DNA from: Octopus sinensis
Taxonomy: Eukaryota
Assembly: GCF_006345805.1 (NCBI RefSeq)
Contig: NC_043004.1
Coordinates: 6,138,001-6,202,000, forward strand
Length of the DNA: 64,000 nt
Reading direction: 5' to 3'
In this document: positions 12,769 through 25,816 of the stretch, piece by piece
How positions within the stretch are numbered: the stretch's first letter is position 1
Layout: the number at the start of each line of letters is the position of its first letter
Notes under the pieces: generated by a model
Database searches by the model: none
The model's input: only the letters and a program-made list of their open reading frames with translations
Told to the model about the DNA's origin: nothing
Program-made: the position numbers and the translations under genes

Positions 12769-12908
12769 CTTCCATTGGTTTGACAATTTGTAATTTTTCG
12801 GGTATCTTAAAATGCAAACCTGCACTCCCAGTGGCAGATAATGCAGATACTCCTGATGACAACATACTCTCAGGCGTGCCAGAGAGCATGGGTGTGCTGA
12901 AGCCATCA
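12769..12908 (-). CDS. TRAK1: TRAK/Milton exon, phase 2-1
   Basis: cag|T GAT...G|gtaag; 140 nt = (S)DGFSTPMLSGTPES...FKIPEKLQIVKPME+G; PEKLQIVKPxEG is a hallmark motif. Confidence 0.95.
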
Positions 12909-13496
12909 CTGAAATAAATAAAAACAATACCAAATAATTTAAAATTTATTTCAATAATAAATAGACACCTTAAAATCACTTGGAACCTGATCAAGAAGTA
13001 ATGATGACAGGTTTTTATTTTAAAAACTGATGTGTAACATATACAAAATGAAATGTATCAAGTGAAACCAAACTTCACAAATTAACAGATGTAAGAAACG
13101 GGCAAGATGGGTCTAGGGCACACAAGCAAGAGTGAGTGGGCAAAAGGTTAAAACGAAAATCAGTCAAATTTTTACAACAGTTTGTTTTCATGAAACCAGT
13201 AAGATGTAAACTACCTTTCAGTAATTGTACATCTTAGGTTTATGATGTATACAAATTTCATTTTAATATTGATTAAGTTTGACTGAATTAATTACTGGGA
13301 ATGAGGTAATACAATTAATAGTCATGCTGACCATCTTTCCCGTGCAGGTTATTTTTTAAAATTATATTTGGTAACCTCCAAACATATTGACAGAAAGTGA
13401 GATAGGATTGCCTGTACAACTTGTGGACAGCGTATCATAAGGGCACATTAATTAAACTTTAATTAAAACAAACAAGAATAGTAATGGCAGTTACAG

Positions 13497-13652
13497 ATGG
13501 CAGTGCCTAAGCAAAGCATCCAATAAAGTCCAGTTTACAATAGCTTTAAAATTTTTATCACACCAATCATAATGTATAACAAAACGAATTAGTATAAAGT
13601 GGATAAAAAAAAAAATGTGTGAAAATAAATTAGTATCAAAGATCAAAATAGA
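13497..13652 (+). repeat. Local direct duplication, copy 2
   Basis: See 12588-12743. Confidence 0.8.
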
Positions 13653-13994
13653 ATAAAAAAAGGAAGTCCCCAGTTTCAAGAATTGGTAAATACCATATTT
13701 ACTGGTGCGTAAGTCACAGTATTTTGGTGATTTTTAACTAAATAAAAACTGAGGTATAACTTATATATATATATATATATATATATACACCCGTCCAACC
13801 CATGGTAGCATGGAAAACGGATGTTAAACAATGATGATGATGATTACATATATATATATATATAGCAAAGCTGATATCAAGTTTGAACACGAGGGGGGAA
13901 AATTTCATATCAAGATTACATTAGGGGTGTGACTTATATACAAGTAAATATGGTAGATACTGTGTTAAACAACAAATGAAAGAATTTTGCCAAC

Positions 13995-14171
13995 CTGAAT
14001 GTGGGATCCAAGGAGATTTGTGGCCTTTCATTTTCTTTACTAGAGTCAGAAGAACTCTTACCATCTTTGTCATTAATATCCCACGGTCGTTTGACCAACA
14101 AACGTCTTAGGGCTGTTTCTAAATCATTGGACCCAGGCACACCAGGACGGCCAATGTTAGTAGAGTTGGAA
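13995..14171 (-). CDS. TRAK1: TRAK/Milton exon (Milton domain), phase 2-2
   Basis: cag|T TCC...AG|gttggc; 177 nt = (G)SNSTNIGRPGVPGSNDLETALRRLLVKRPW...LDPTF+AG; PGSxDLETALRRL is a TRAK hallmark. Confidence 0.95.
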
Positions 14172-17032
14172 CTGTATAGCACATAGCAGGGAGAAGGTTA
14201 ATAAGAAATTGACACACTCTGTTTATTTGAAATATTGGTGAAACAGTCAAATAACATTGCAAACACATAAAAACAAAAAGAGTTGATCTCCAATATCTGA
14301 TTCCCATTCAAATGTACATAAAGAAGTGATACATTTTTCTCTCTGCTAACTTCAAGTTCTCAGAGATATACAAATTAATCCTTTCTTATACAATACACTT
14401 TAGAAGTAGAGTCATTTCACCATCAATATTTTAAAAATCAGAATTGAAATCAAAGTTTAGATATCAGAAAATAAACCATGTTAAGTTGTTTAAAACGTAA
14501 ATGCAAAAAAACGAAGACATTAGTTAAATTAGTCTCACATAAATTGAGAAACAATCAATGGAAGAAGTTTTTAGCTTGTTGTCTAATTGATATTTTTTGA
14601 ATGGGTGACAATGTCAATATTTTTAAATAAGAGAAAATAATATAGCTGACTGATTAAACACAACACCCATATCATCAATCCTGGCAGGATTTGGAAACAG
14701 AATGCAGGACAATGAAAGTACATAATGCAAGAGACTTAGCCTTACACCCCATATAAACACAATATTTTTTTTTTACATAGAATTTCAAAAGTTATTCTCC
14801 AGGAAGATTAAGGAATGTCTGAAAGGACATTGTTAGGTCATTCTCTTTTTATATTATTATGATGATGATGATGATGATGAAACAGAACCAAGTCAGAAGC
14901 TAAAAAATGATTTTATATTTTCTATAGCACTTAAATTTGGTATTTCTAAGATAAATTCTCTGGTACTAAGACAGAAAATAATTATATCAGCAGAGGAATG
15001 CAAAAACATTAAAGACAGACTAATTTATTTACAGGTCTAAGTGTATGCTTAATACAATGTGTATAATGTCCATACACTGTACTACATACTGATTTATGAT
15101 GAATGTTTCCATATGAAAACTGAAGACTATTTTTAGGACAGTTCATGGATTAGGAACATTAAATATATCAAAATAACAGATTGCAACTGGCAGGATATAA
15201 TGAAACTATTATTATAGGAACTCAAATCTTTCACCAACAACAACTTATTCTCACATAAGTAGTGAGATGAAATCTAGTGAAAAATACATAAGTTACATGT
15301 AAATCCAGTAAGCTTCCATCATGTATCGTCAATAGAACAGTTGAGTGACACACATTCAGCACACCAGATTATATACATGTATGCATACACACACACTTTA
15401 GAATGCTCTGAGATCAAGATGCACAATCTACGAGACAGCATTAGCTGCACAGAATGCAGTATGGCTACATTTCTTCCAATTTATTATTCAGTCTATTTTT
15501 TTTTTCATATGCTTAGAAGGCAAACAGGGTCGGCTCTTAGTTCATTAGACCTTTCTATAGTTAGTTGTTGATAAAGGCATCCAACTGCAGAAATCAAGTA
15601 AAAAAACAAAGCATATGAGTTAGATATGGCTCTCCGACCAGTATATGAAGGTGGTGACTCCCTTTAAGAACTGACTCAAGCTTTGATTAACTGACCAACC
15701 CATGCCAGCATGGAAAGCAAATGTAATATGATGATGATGAAGAGTTTGCAAAACTAACACTGGTCTTTGTACCCAAAGTATTTAAAACATTACTATAATA
15801 GTGGTTCTTGTGATTAATGGATTTGGATGTTGCCATAGCAACACAACTTGGAACAGACTAATCAACAACTGAACACATTGTATTTGATTATATTGGTTTC
15901 GTTATTTGTGATCAATGAGCATGGTATGCTGGTAGCAGGTAATGACAGATATAATTACGGTTCTTTCTTCCATCTTTTATTTCATTGCAGTTTTAATACA
16001 AACATATTAAAAGCCAATAAGATAGGCAAAGTCTATGATAGACTTGATGTTCTGTTGATAAAGTGGCACCAGCTTTCCCTTATTTTGACCACAAGTTGGA
16101 TTAAGGAGTGCTGATAGGGTATTTATTCTTTTGGAGATTTAGTTATTATGTTATCTTTGTGTCATACACAAGGCTTAGAATTCAAGGCGTGTATAGCTAG
16201 AATTTGTGGTGTGTAAGCTATGATGGATGGAATGTGAAAGAACAGGATTGTAATATCAGTGTAAGATGCTACATGTAAACATTGAGAACCAGTGGAGAAA
16301 ATATGCATGTGGAGGAGAAAACAGTATCTGATAGAAGAAATTCTTTTTGGGTAACATGTAAGGAATCATAGATTTTGGAGGTTTTCTAGTTAAAATGATA
16401 GATTAGAAACAAGAGAAGTAGTTGGCTAACCATTTGTCTTGTTTGATGAATTAGTAATAAATGAGACATGTGACTCCCCCTGACTACACTTGTTAATACA
16501 AGTAAGATGATTAAGAAATATGAAGAAGATGAGAATAAAAGTTTAAAATAACTTTCTTGATGTAATGATGGTATCTTCCCAATGTTGAAAGTTTTTAAAA
16601 TAATGTTTCATAACAATTGAGTAGAAAGTTCAGAAACTATGTTAAGTAGTATGTAAGACTAATATATGGCACACTGTACCAGGAGAGAAACCATATTGTA
16701 CATATATTTTGAAGTTTGTTTTCAATGAATACATTCTGTGCTGGAATGCCTATATCAAACATAACCAACATATAGGTGCTTCTACCAAATTAGCAGATAA
16801 AATTTCCCTTAATGTACTTGCAACTATCTTGACTCTCTGCTATCTTTAAACTAGACTATACAATTACATTATAAATATAAGGACCACACCCATAACAAAT
16901 ATAGTGTGCTAAGCCTAAAATAATTATCAAATAATGAAGGTCTGAAGATCATCTCAGAAACCTTATATCTGCCATGTCTATGACAAAAAGAGAAGAAAAC
17001 AAGGTGTGTGTGTGTGTGTCTGTACACACACA

Positions 17033-17239
17033 CAAGGGGGTGCTGAAAAGTTCCTGATTTTGGGTAAAAGAAAATACAGGAGGATCAATTTTATTCAACA
17101 TATTCCCCTTTCAGAATCACACACTTATTGCAGCAGTCCTTCAGTTTTTCTAAGCCCTGTAAAAGAACTTGGAAGGTTGGGTATCCAACCAAGCCTTTCA
17201 CGATAACCTTCAAGCCAGGAACTTTTCAGAACCCCCTCA
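17033..17239. mobile_element. mariner-type MITE
   Basis: TIRs caagggggtgctgaaaagttcctg / caggaacttttcagaaccccctca, followed by TA. Confidence 0.8.
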
Positions 17240-17242
17240 TAT

Positions 17243-17545
17243 ATCATCATCATCGTCGTTTAACGTCCGTTCTCCATGCTAGCATGGGTTGGACGGTTCG
17301 ACCGGGGATCTGGGAAGCCAGAAGGCTGCACCAGGCTCCGGTCTTATCTGGCAACGTTTCTACAGCTGGATGCCCTTCCTAACGCCAACCACTTCGTGAG
17401 TGTAGTGGGTGCTTTTTACGTGCCACCTGCACTGGTGCCAGGCGAGGCTGGCATTGGCCACGGTCGGATTGGTGCATTTTATGGAAGCCAGTCGAGGCGG
17501 CACTGGCTTCGGCTACGATTCGGATGGTGCTTTTTACGTGCCATC
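17243..17545 (-). mobile_element. SINE-like family C with (GAT)n tail
   Basis: (atc)n gtttaacgtcc...catgctagcatgggttggacgg...ggatgcccttcctaacgccaaccac; same family recurs more than ten times in the window. Confidence 0.8.
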
Positions 17546-19543
17546 GTTGGTTTGCCACATTTCTGAAGATAAGAATAACGAGACCACTTGTTCTTTATTT
17601 GCTGAGACATTGCATCCTTTAAAACCTCCATGCTTCCTGAAATTCACCAACACTACACCTGATATCCGCCCCACCCTCCATACACATGCACACATGTATA
17701 TCATGATCCATACACTGTTCACTTTCTTGACTTTTGTACATAATTCTATGTACTGCACATGCACCTTTGATGAGTTGTGGTGCACCTGAGCACAATACAC
17801 AATAATGTCATGATTATTATTATTATTATTATAATTATTATTATTATTATATATGATGACAGATATGACGTACACTCATTCAGATGCACACATAAAGAGA
17901 AATGTGACTGAAGAAGGTTGCTAAATTAAAAAATGTAAGCTACAAGATTCAAGACAAAGAAAACTGAGAATGTGCACATTCAAACCATGTGGTTTAATTA
18001 TATATGCAAGAGAGAATGAGCTGCCAAGTAGAACTTGACTAGGATTTCAAACTTTACTGCCAAAAATAGAACCAATTATTTTTGTTTGATATAAATATGG
18101 TCATACTGATCAGAAAAATATAATAGTTAAAAAAACTGCTATTGATAACTGCAATAGAATTATTGATCTGATCTAGCAACAGAGATTGCATTTCTTTTTC
18201 ATATTGTGATTTTTAGTGAACTTTTGTAGATGGTTGATTGATTTAAAAGAAATATCAAATATTCAATACTCACACACCCACACATACATATATACAGACA
18301 TACATACATAAACAGGGAGGGAGAGAGAGATTAAAGAAAGCAATGAGCACAGAAAGATGACTACACAAGAAGGATAAGTTTTTACGAACTTTATATTAGT
18401 TTAAGCTTTATATATATATACATATATATATATATATTGCGCGTTTGAAATCCTGTTGCTAAATCAGTTACTCAGTTTCTGAACAACAACTACTGAATAA
18501 ATAGAAATCACATGTGCATATGTATATATATATATAAATACATAACAAGACAGCTGTGCACAGAATTATTGAAGACCACCTGCGGCTGAAATAGCAATAG
18601 AATAACAGTAGACACAGCAATCAAGCAACACACACTCACACGACTAGGAACAGAAGGCAAAAAGAAGCTGTTTTTTTTTTTTGTTTTTTCCTTTCAAAGT
18701 GAAATGAAATTCATGCTCCAACAAATTTTTTAAAAAAGCCCAAAATAGCTAAGCAAACAAAGGTAAATAAAAACAGCTTTTTAAGATGTTAATAGAGAGG
18801 AGATAGACTAAAGTCATCACAGATTAGAGCAACCTAATTATATATATATATATATATATATATGAAACCAAGTGTATTGATTTGTGTTTGAATTACATTT
18901 CGAAGAATAAATAAGCACACAATATCTGATAGGGAAATTATTTTTAAAGCTCATCTATATTATATACCCCTAACATTCCCATTCTCTTTATCTGTTTGTA
19001 TGCACCCTCTTCAAATTAGACGAACCAGTGCAACAACTTTTTCTTTTATCAACATACCTAACAAATACTTGCTTAAAGAAATGTATTTTAATGCTCATTT
19101 TTCTTTTATACATAGTGTCATTATAAAAGCCTTGTACATGTTTAAATTTAAGTTAAAAGAATTGCACAAAGACTTTATGATACCCCTGGACTTAAAACTT
19201 TATTCTTGGGTTATTTTCTAATTTATTGCAATAAAAAGAGACCATGTTCAGTTAGGTGAAGTATGCACTGGGGCAGAGTAGTGGCGATTTTAGCAAGCAG
19301 AACTCTATGAACTTAGTATCAAATCTGACATGGCTGACCTTTTGATTCAACAAAACAGTATTTCTAATATGTTTATCAATATCTGTTTACTTTTTTTCCC
19401 CAAAAGACTTTGAAAGCATGCATGAAATATTTGGAGAAAATACTGTTTGTAAATGTACAACAAAAGCTTCAGTTAATATTTCAGATTCCAAAGGAAAGCA
19501 CCAATGGATAAGATTCTTCTAAACATAAAGGCTTGTTGAAAAA

Positions 19544-20206
19544 TTAAAAGGAACTGTTCTTTATTAGCTTTCCATCAACCTTAACTAGAGGACCAACACC
19601 AAGGCTACTAAATGCCACCCACACCATCACATCCTCACCCTCTGCTTGAGCTGTCTTTTTCATGCATTTTGGATGGAATTCCTCGGTTTGGCGACGTCTG
19701 ACATATGTTTTACTATCTGATCCAAATATACAGAAGCATGACACGTCATTCCAAAGGACCCTGCACCAATCTTCGGCAGTTCATTGAGCATGGTTTTTTG
19801 CGAAATTAAGGCGTTTGAGTCGAATTCTTTCGGATATTATTGGCTTTTTCCTAGCGATTTGTCCATGTAATCCAAATTCTCTCAAACGGTTACGGACAGT
19901 GTGTGGTGCAAAAATAATACCATTCTCATTGGACAATTGTTTACAAATGTCAACAGCTGTCAGCATTCGGTTGCCTTCCAGAAGTCGGTGGATTCGACGG
20001 TCCAACTGCGCCGTCGTTTTTCTTGGGACGCCAGTCCTTTGCCGATCTTTATGTTGACCAGTCTCTGAGTATAACTTCCATGCTTGCACACAAGCCATTT
20101 TACTGCACTTTAGTTGCTTGCTGATGTTCGAAAAAGAAACTTTTTGCTGGTGGAGTAATACAATTTTTGCTCTCGTGACTGGACTGAGGGTACGTTGTTT
20201 TCCCAT
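19544..20206 (-). mobile_element. Tc1/mariner transposase pseudogene fragment
   Basis: MGKQRTLSPVTRAKIV...GVPRKTT...RKKPII...NFAKNHAQ*TAEDWCRVLWNDVSCF...VMVWVAFSSLGVGPLVKVDG: HTH region and the first catalytic Asp of DDE. One in-frame TGA at 19781; truncated before the second Asp; TIRs not identified. Confidence 0.9.
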
Positions 20207-20514
20207 TATTAATCAATTTTATAATAATGTTAAATTATAACACTATATAGTGCAGTTAGGCTAGTTGTGTGACCACCCATTTTGGCAAAATAATTTGCAT
20301 ACATATTACATGGTCTTAAACTAATTTTGCTGGTAAATTTGAAATGTTTATATCAATTTAGAATTAGAATTCTTCAAGTTTTATAAAAATAGTTACTGTC
20401 TGCATCACTCAAAAGAGAAATAAATTTTGCATAAGGTGTAAAAGATAAAAATAATTTGTATGGTGTTAGCAACAAAATATTTAGTAAGAAATAGAACTTT
20501 TATCATATACATAT

Positions 20515-20789
20515 ATACATACATACGCATATATATATATATACATACGTATATATACATACATACATACATACATACGTATATATACATACATACATAC
20601 GTATATATACATACATACATATGTATATATACATACATACATACATACATATGTATATATACATACATACATATGTATATATACATACATATGTATATAT
20701 ACATACATACATATGCATATATACATACATACATATGCATATATACATACATACATATGCATATATACATACATACATATACATACATA
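20515..20789. repeat. Compound (TACA)/(TA)n microsatellite
   Basis: Directly visible; source of several artefactual ORFs. Confidence 0.95.
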
Positions 20790-21269
20790 AGGTTGTGTAG
20801 CTAATATTTATATCTATATTCAAGATACAAGAGGAAATTGTAATGATACAATTTAATATTTGACCTACACAGTCACGCAATCTAAACTAATTATAAATAT
20901 TATCTTCCTCCACAGCAAGTCAAAATAGATTGGGATACACTGAATTAAAGCAGTTCTTACATTGACCTAATCTGTGATGACAAAGAAAATTTCAGAGTTT
21001 TCTAATAATATTCGACTCAATATAAGGTTGTTTTCCTCTTTTTTTATATTTAAATGTAAAAAAGTATATATTTTATATATATAAAAGCACTGGAAATAGA
21101 GGCAATAAAATTCCAGATTTTCAGAGCTTTGATACTAATTTCAAGACATTTTATATTATTAATAAAGTTTCCTGGAAACTACTAATTGGTGTTTGCAGGA
21201 TAAGGATTGGTACTTATGTCTAGGAACCTAACAGTACTCTTTGGTCCTTTATCTAAAGTGTGTTGAATG

Positions 21270-21400
21270 TTGTGTTGTGGTGTGTTGTGTTATGATGTGG
21301 TGTGTTGCTGTGTAGCATGTTGCAGTATGGTGTGTCGCGGTGTGTGTTGCGGTGTGGTGTGTTGTGGTGTGTGTTGTGGTGTGGTGTGTGTGTATGTATT
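21270..21400. repeat. Degenerate (GTGTT/GTG)n simple repeat
   Basis: Directly visible. Confidence 0.9.
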
Positions 21401-22203
21401 GTGTGTTAAAGAGTAAAAGAGAATGAGAGAAATAAAAAAAGAGACAGAATAAAAAGAGACTCATATGGTTTAACTCAGCTATTTCAGTCTATCTAACTGA
21501 AACTAGTGATTGCTACTAAGAAAAGCATCAACACATCAGCTGCTAAGATAATAGCTAAACATGTCAATCTATTCCACAAATAATACATACACAGTAAAAT
21601 GGAAACAATAAAAACAATCCCAAACTATCACTACAGCAATTGTTTACATCACCTAATGAGTTCTCATTACTCATACATATTCTCATTAACGTATTTGTCT
21701 GCCAAATCTGATTCTTACTATTGTATCTGCCTGTCAGTTTCTCTTGGAGAGTAACTGCTTAAAAACCTACTTTTTCTCATTTTCTTTTGAAGCACTCATA
21801 GAGTGAAAACAGGTTGGGATGTGAAATAAAAAGATGAAACACTACATCTGATTTTGGTCTTAAATTTTTCTAATAAGATTACAGTTTTTAAAACTTTATT
21901 CTGCATTTTCATTCAATATATATTTGAGGGCCCCATTTGTTGATATTGACAAATGAGTGTCAATGGAAATGCCTGCTTACTGAATCATAGGTAAGTGGCT
22001 GAATGTTCCAGAAACTTGTACCCATAAGATAGTCTTCCAGTAGAATCAGTGTCACGCTGCATGACAAGGCTAGCCTTCTGACCCACAGGTACAGCACATC
22101 TGATGGCCTTCTACAGAGTTTTTGTTTCTTTCACTAACAAGACTTAGGTTCATCAGAGGCCATGGTAGAAGGCACTTGTCATGTATGTATATGTGTGTAT
22201 ACA

Positions 22204-22423
22204 CAGTAATCCCTCGACTATCATGGGTATTACATTCCAAAACCTCCTGCAATAGGTGAAAATCTGCGAAGTAGAAACAGTACTTTACTGTATTTTTAAA
22301 ATTATTTTCATAATTTTTATATATTTATTTTATTATAAATGTAAAACAACACCATGGAGGAATCAACGTAAGCTTAAATGATAAACCACGATAGGTGAAC
22401 TGCAATATAACAAGGGATTACTA
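22204..22423. mobile_element. Tigger/pogo-type MITE
   Basis: TIRs cagtaatccctcg / caagggattacta, followed by TA. Confidence 0.75.
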
Positions 22424-23228
22424 TACACACAGAGTTGTGTGTGTGTGTGTAATTTAAGTAAATAAAAATATTGAAGATTAAACTTTCTTCTAAGTCATTC
22501 TCCAATATGCGATTATTTTTGTCATTACAATTTCATAATCTAAGCCCAATAGATATCTTAACAAAATCATAATATACTGTGATTATATCATAATAAACTA
22601 TCTTTAAATCTAATAACTTTTATAGAAAAATTAGAAATAATAAATGTCAGAAAATAATTGTTGTTTATAACTAATTGCATCAGGCATTCTATTGCCTTCT
22701 CCAAGAAGTCAGAAGACTTGAACCGAGCATGTCAATTTTACAGCAAGGACACTTCTTACAGGGATGATTTATATACATGACAAGCGCCTACACAGTTTCT
22801 GTCCACCAAATTCACTCAAGGTTTTGGTCAACCCAAGGTGCCATGTAGTGGGACTGAACCCAAACTGACTTGGTTGCAAAGTGAGCTTTTTAACCATATA
22901 GTTAAGCTTACATCAAATTTAGAAATATAAGTAATTTCATTTTAATGTATCACCTAACACTTATTTAGTAATGCAAAAAATTCATCTACCTTTTTGTACC
23001 TATTAATTATTATCATTATTTTCTTTAACTGGAGTTAATTCTTTGCTTTACTTTAAATGTTTAAAGAAATATACATTCAGAGAAATAATTGCAACAAGAA
23101 TCTTCTCTGTTTTTGTATAAGTCAGATATAGGTTTCAGATACATATTTTGTAAACAACTAAAAGATGAAATTGTAAAAATAGATTAGTTTTTACACCAAA
23201 TTAATTATCGCACCGATTGATTATTTAA

Positions 23229-23691
23229 AGGACTTCCCTACCACCTGAGAAAAATAATAAATACCAAGCAGCTTTGATAGCAGATTTAAATTGTATGAGT
23301 AAAAAATATGTCATCAGATTTTTTTTTTCTATTATATATTAGCAAATGTTAGCTGTGAAACTCTGGAAATGTGGGAATTTTCTCCCAAGCACTAGATTAT
23401 ATACATATGTAGTCAAGGAAACGTTCAGCTCAGAAATATACAATACCTGTAAGCTCTGAAAGGCGGCCATCTTGAAAAATAGACATATATATTTTGTTGA
23501 AAAGTTTTGTAATAAAAAAAAAAAAATATATAGCTTTAATGAACAATTAAAATGAATAAATAAAAATAAAATCTATGGATGACTGGAATCAAAGATCAAG
23601 AGAAATTTTGACATATTTAATTTTCAGGAAGACAAAAAAGCTATAAAAGAAATGCTGGGGGAGATAACGATCTCATGATTTAGGTGGTACC
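23229..23691. mobile_element. Possible TTAA-flanked (Kolobok-like) non-autonomous element
   Basis: ttaa|aggacttccctaccacct ... aggtggtacc|ttaa; imperfect TIRs. Confidence 0.35.
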
Positions 23692-23952
23692 TTAACAAGT
23701 TGTTTTACTAGTTCTTGTTTTAAATATACTCAATAAGAATTTCATTTCATTTTATGCATAGAAATTGTAAATTTAAATTGGATTGTTCTGACCTACACAG
23801 GTAAGTGAAAGACTGAAATAAAAATATCCAAACAGAAAATAGAAGTTGCCAGTGGGAAAATGTTATCTTGTTAGATAGAAAGATAGGGGACCCTAAATGT
23901 CAATACACATTTGATCTTAGATCCAGTAAGAAATACAAAGTAGGTTCCTTAC

Positions 23953-24171
23953 CCAGACATACTGTCCAAATCAGCATTGTAGCCATCACTAATAAAGGAT
24001 TCTCCGTCAGACAAATAGAGGGAGCTTCTCACTGAGACACTAGCAGATCCTGGGGTACTGCTATCACCACCTGCAGCTTTCAAGAAAAGAGAACTGCTTC
24101 GTTTATCTTTCATTCTTTGGGATGCTTTTTTGGCAGCTCGAGCAGTCTCAAAGATTTTCCAGTTATGAATT
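23953..24171 (-). CDS. TRAK1: TRAK/Milton exon, phase 2-2
   Basis: tag|A ATT...GG|gtaagg; 219 nt = (R)IHNWKIFETARAAKKASQRMKDK...SDGYNADLDSMS+GG. Confidence 0.92.
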
Positions 24172-24274
24172 CTAGAATGTGAGAAAAACATTATATTGGC
24201 AATATTTAACACAAGAAATTATGAAAATAAACTTAACAATAGCATCATGATGACATTTTTAATACAACTTGCAA

Positions 24275-24490
24275 GGTAGTGAGCAGGCAGAAACGCTAGC
24301 ACACTGGGCAAAATGCTTAGCAGTATCTTGTCTGTCCATGTTCTGAGTTCCAATTCTGCCAAGGTCAATTTTGCCTTTTATCCTTTCGGGGTTGATAAAT
24401 TAAGTATCTGTTGCATACTGGGGTTGATCTAATCGACTGGCCCCCTCCCACAAAATTTCCGTCCTTGCGCCTAGAGTAGAAAAGATTTTT
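24275..24490 (+). mobile_element. SINE family B
   Basis: gagcaggcagaaacgctagc...gagttccaattctgcc...cctagagtagaaaag. Confidence 0.85.
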
Positions 24491-24509
24491 GGCACAACTT
24501 GTAATTCTT

Positions 24510-24705
24510 GCAGATTTTGGAGATGGCCAGCAGGGGGAAGGGATTAGTCAATCAACCTCAGTATTTGACTGGTACTTATTTAAATGTCTCTGAAAAGAGG
24601 AACAGCAAAGTCACCCATGACAGAATTTGAACTCAGAACATAAACTAGCTTGAAAAAATGCCACTAAGCATTTTATCTGACGTGTCAACATTTCTGTCAG
24701 CTTTA
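24510..24705 (-). mobile_element. SINE family B, older inverted copy
   Basis: Reverse complement aligns with the family B head and core. Confidence 0.65.
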
Positions 24706-24819
24706 CATCAACACAAAAATTTGTTGAGGAAGATTTTCTATGGTCAGACCATACGTGTTTGAAAGCAAGATAATATTTCTCCAAGGCCAGACATGTTTCT
24801 TTTGTGGAAGTCTGGAAAT

Positions 24820-25100
24820 GATGATGATGATCATCATCATCGTTTAACGTCCGCTTTCCATGCTAGCATGGTTTGGACGGTTTGACTGAGGACTGGCAAA
24901 CCAGATGGCTGCACCAGGCTCCAATCTATTCTGGCAGAGTTTCTACAGCTGGATGCCCTTCCTAACACCAACCACTCTGAGAGTGTAGTGGGTGCTTTTA
25001 CATGCCACTGGCACGAGGGCCAGCCAGGCGGTACTGGCAACGGCGACGCTAAATGGTGTTTTTTACGTGCCACCTGCACAGGAGCCAGTACAGTGGCACT
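24820..25100 (-). mobile_element. SINE-like family C
   Basis: Same tail and core; abuts a family A head at about 25180-25350. Confidence 0.8.
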
Positions 25101-25598
25101 GGCAACAACCTCGCCTTGCATATATGGAGGTGATAGCCACAAACCAACTATCACATGATATAAAGACAAGAGTGGATAGCAGGCGGACACACAGGCTTCT
25201 TTCAGTTTCAATCTACCAAATCCAATTACAAGGCTATGGCTGGCCTGGGGATTTAGTAGAGAGCACTCACCCAAGGTGCAATGCAGTGGGACTGAACCTG
25301 AGACCATATGGCTGTGAAGCAAGCTTCTTGACTATACAGTCACACTTGTGCCATGTGTAAATTATAATTATAAATTAACCCAGAAGCAACAATGTGTAAA
25401 TTTAAGAGAAATATTTTAAGAAAATAGTAGAAATTATAGAAGCAATATCAAGTTGTAATCTTTATTGTTTTCATGTTCAAAGACAATAAAAACTACAAGC
25501 TGAAGATAGCAAACAGTTTCACAGTAAAAATTAGCAATTTCAAATACCAGTTTATTTATGGTAATGTTAGATAAAAAGCATTGTTTGTTGGTATTTAC

Positions 25599-25816
25599 CT
25601 TCTCTCAGCCGGAGAGTAGCCAGCTGGGTATTCTATCTCACCTCGCATTGATGATTCAAGTTCTGAAGCGAGGGAGTCTCCCCTCATTAAAGATGATGTA
25701 GACATATAGTGCTTTGAGGCACTTGGCTTGTGCTTACGACGTAACGTTCGTAACTCATCTTGGACTTCTTCAAATAATTCAAATAATTCATCATAGCGAT
25801 CCTGCCATTCAGATAG
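25599..25816 (-). CDS. TRAK1: TRAK/Milton exon, phase 0-2
   Basis: cag|CTA...AG|gtaaat; 218 nt = LSEWQDRYDELFELFEEVQDELRTLRRKHKP...GDSLASELESSMRGEIEYPAGYSPAER+AG; DSLAxE motif. Confidence 0.95.

Noticed and set aside
20405-20880. Overlapping 97-127 aa ORFs rich in Y/I/H/T/M/C/V
   Set aside because: They are translations of (TACA)/(TA)n microsatellite; the same applies near 726-947, 1375-2005, 43723-45073 and 62026-62359.
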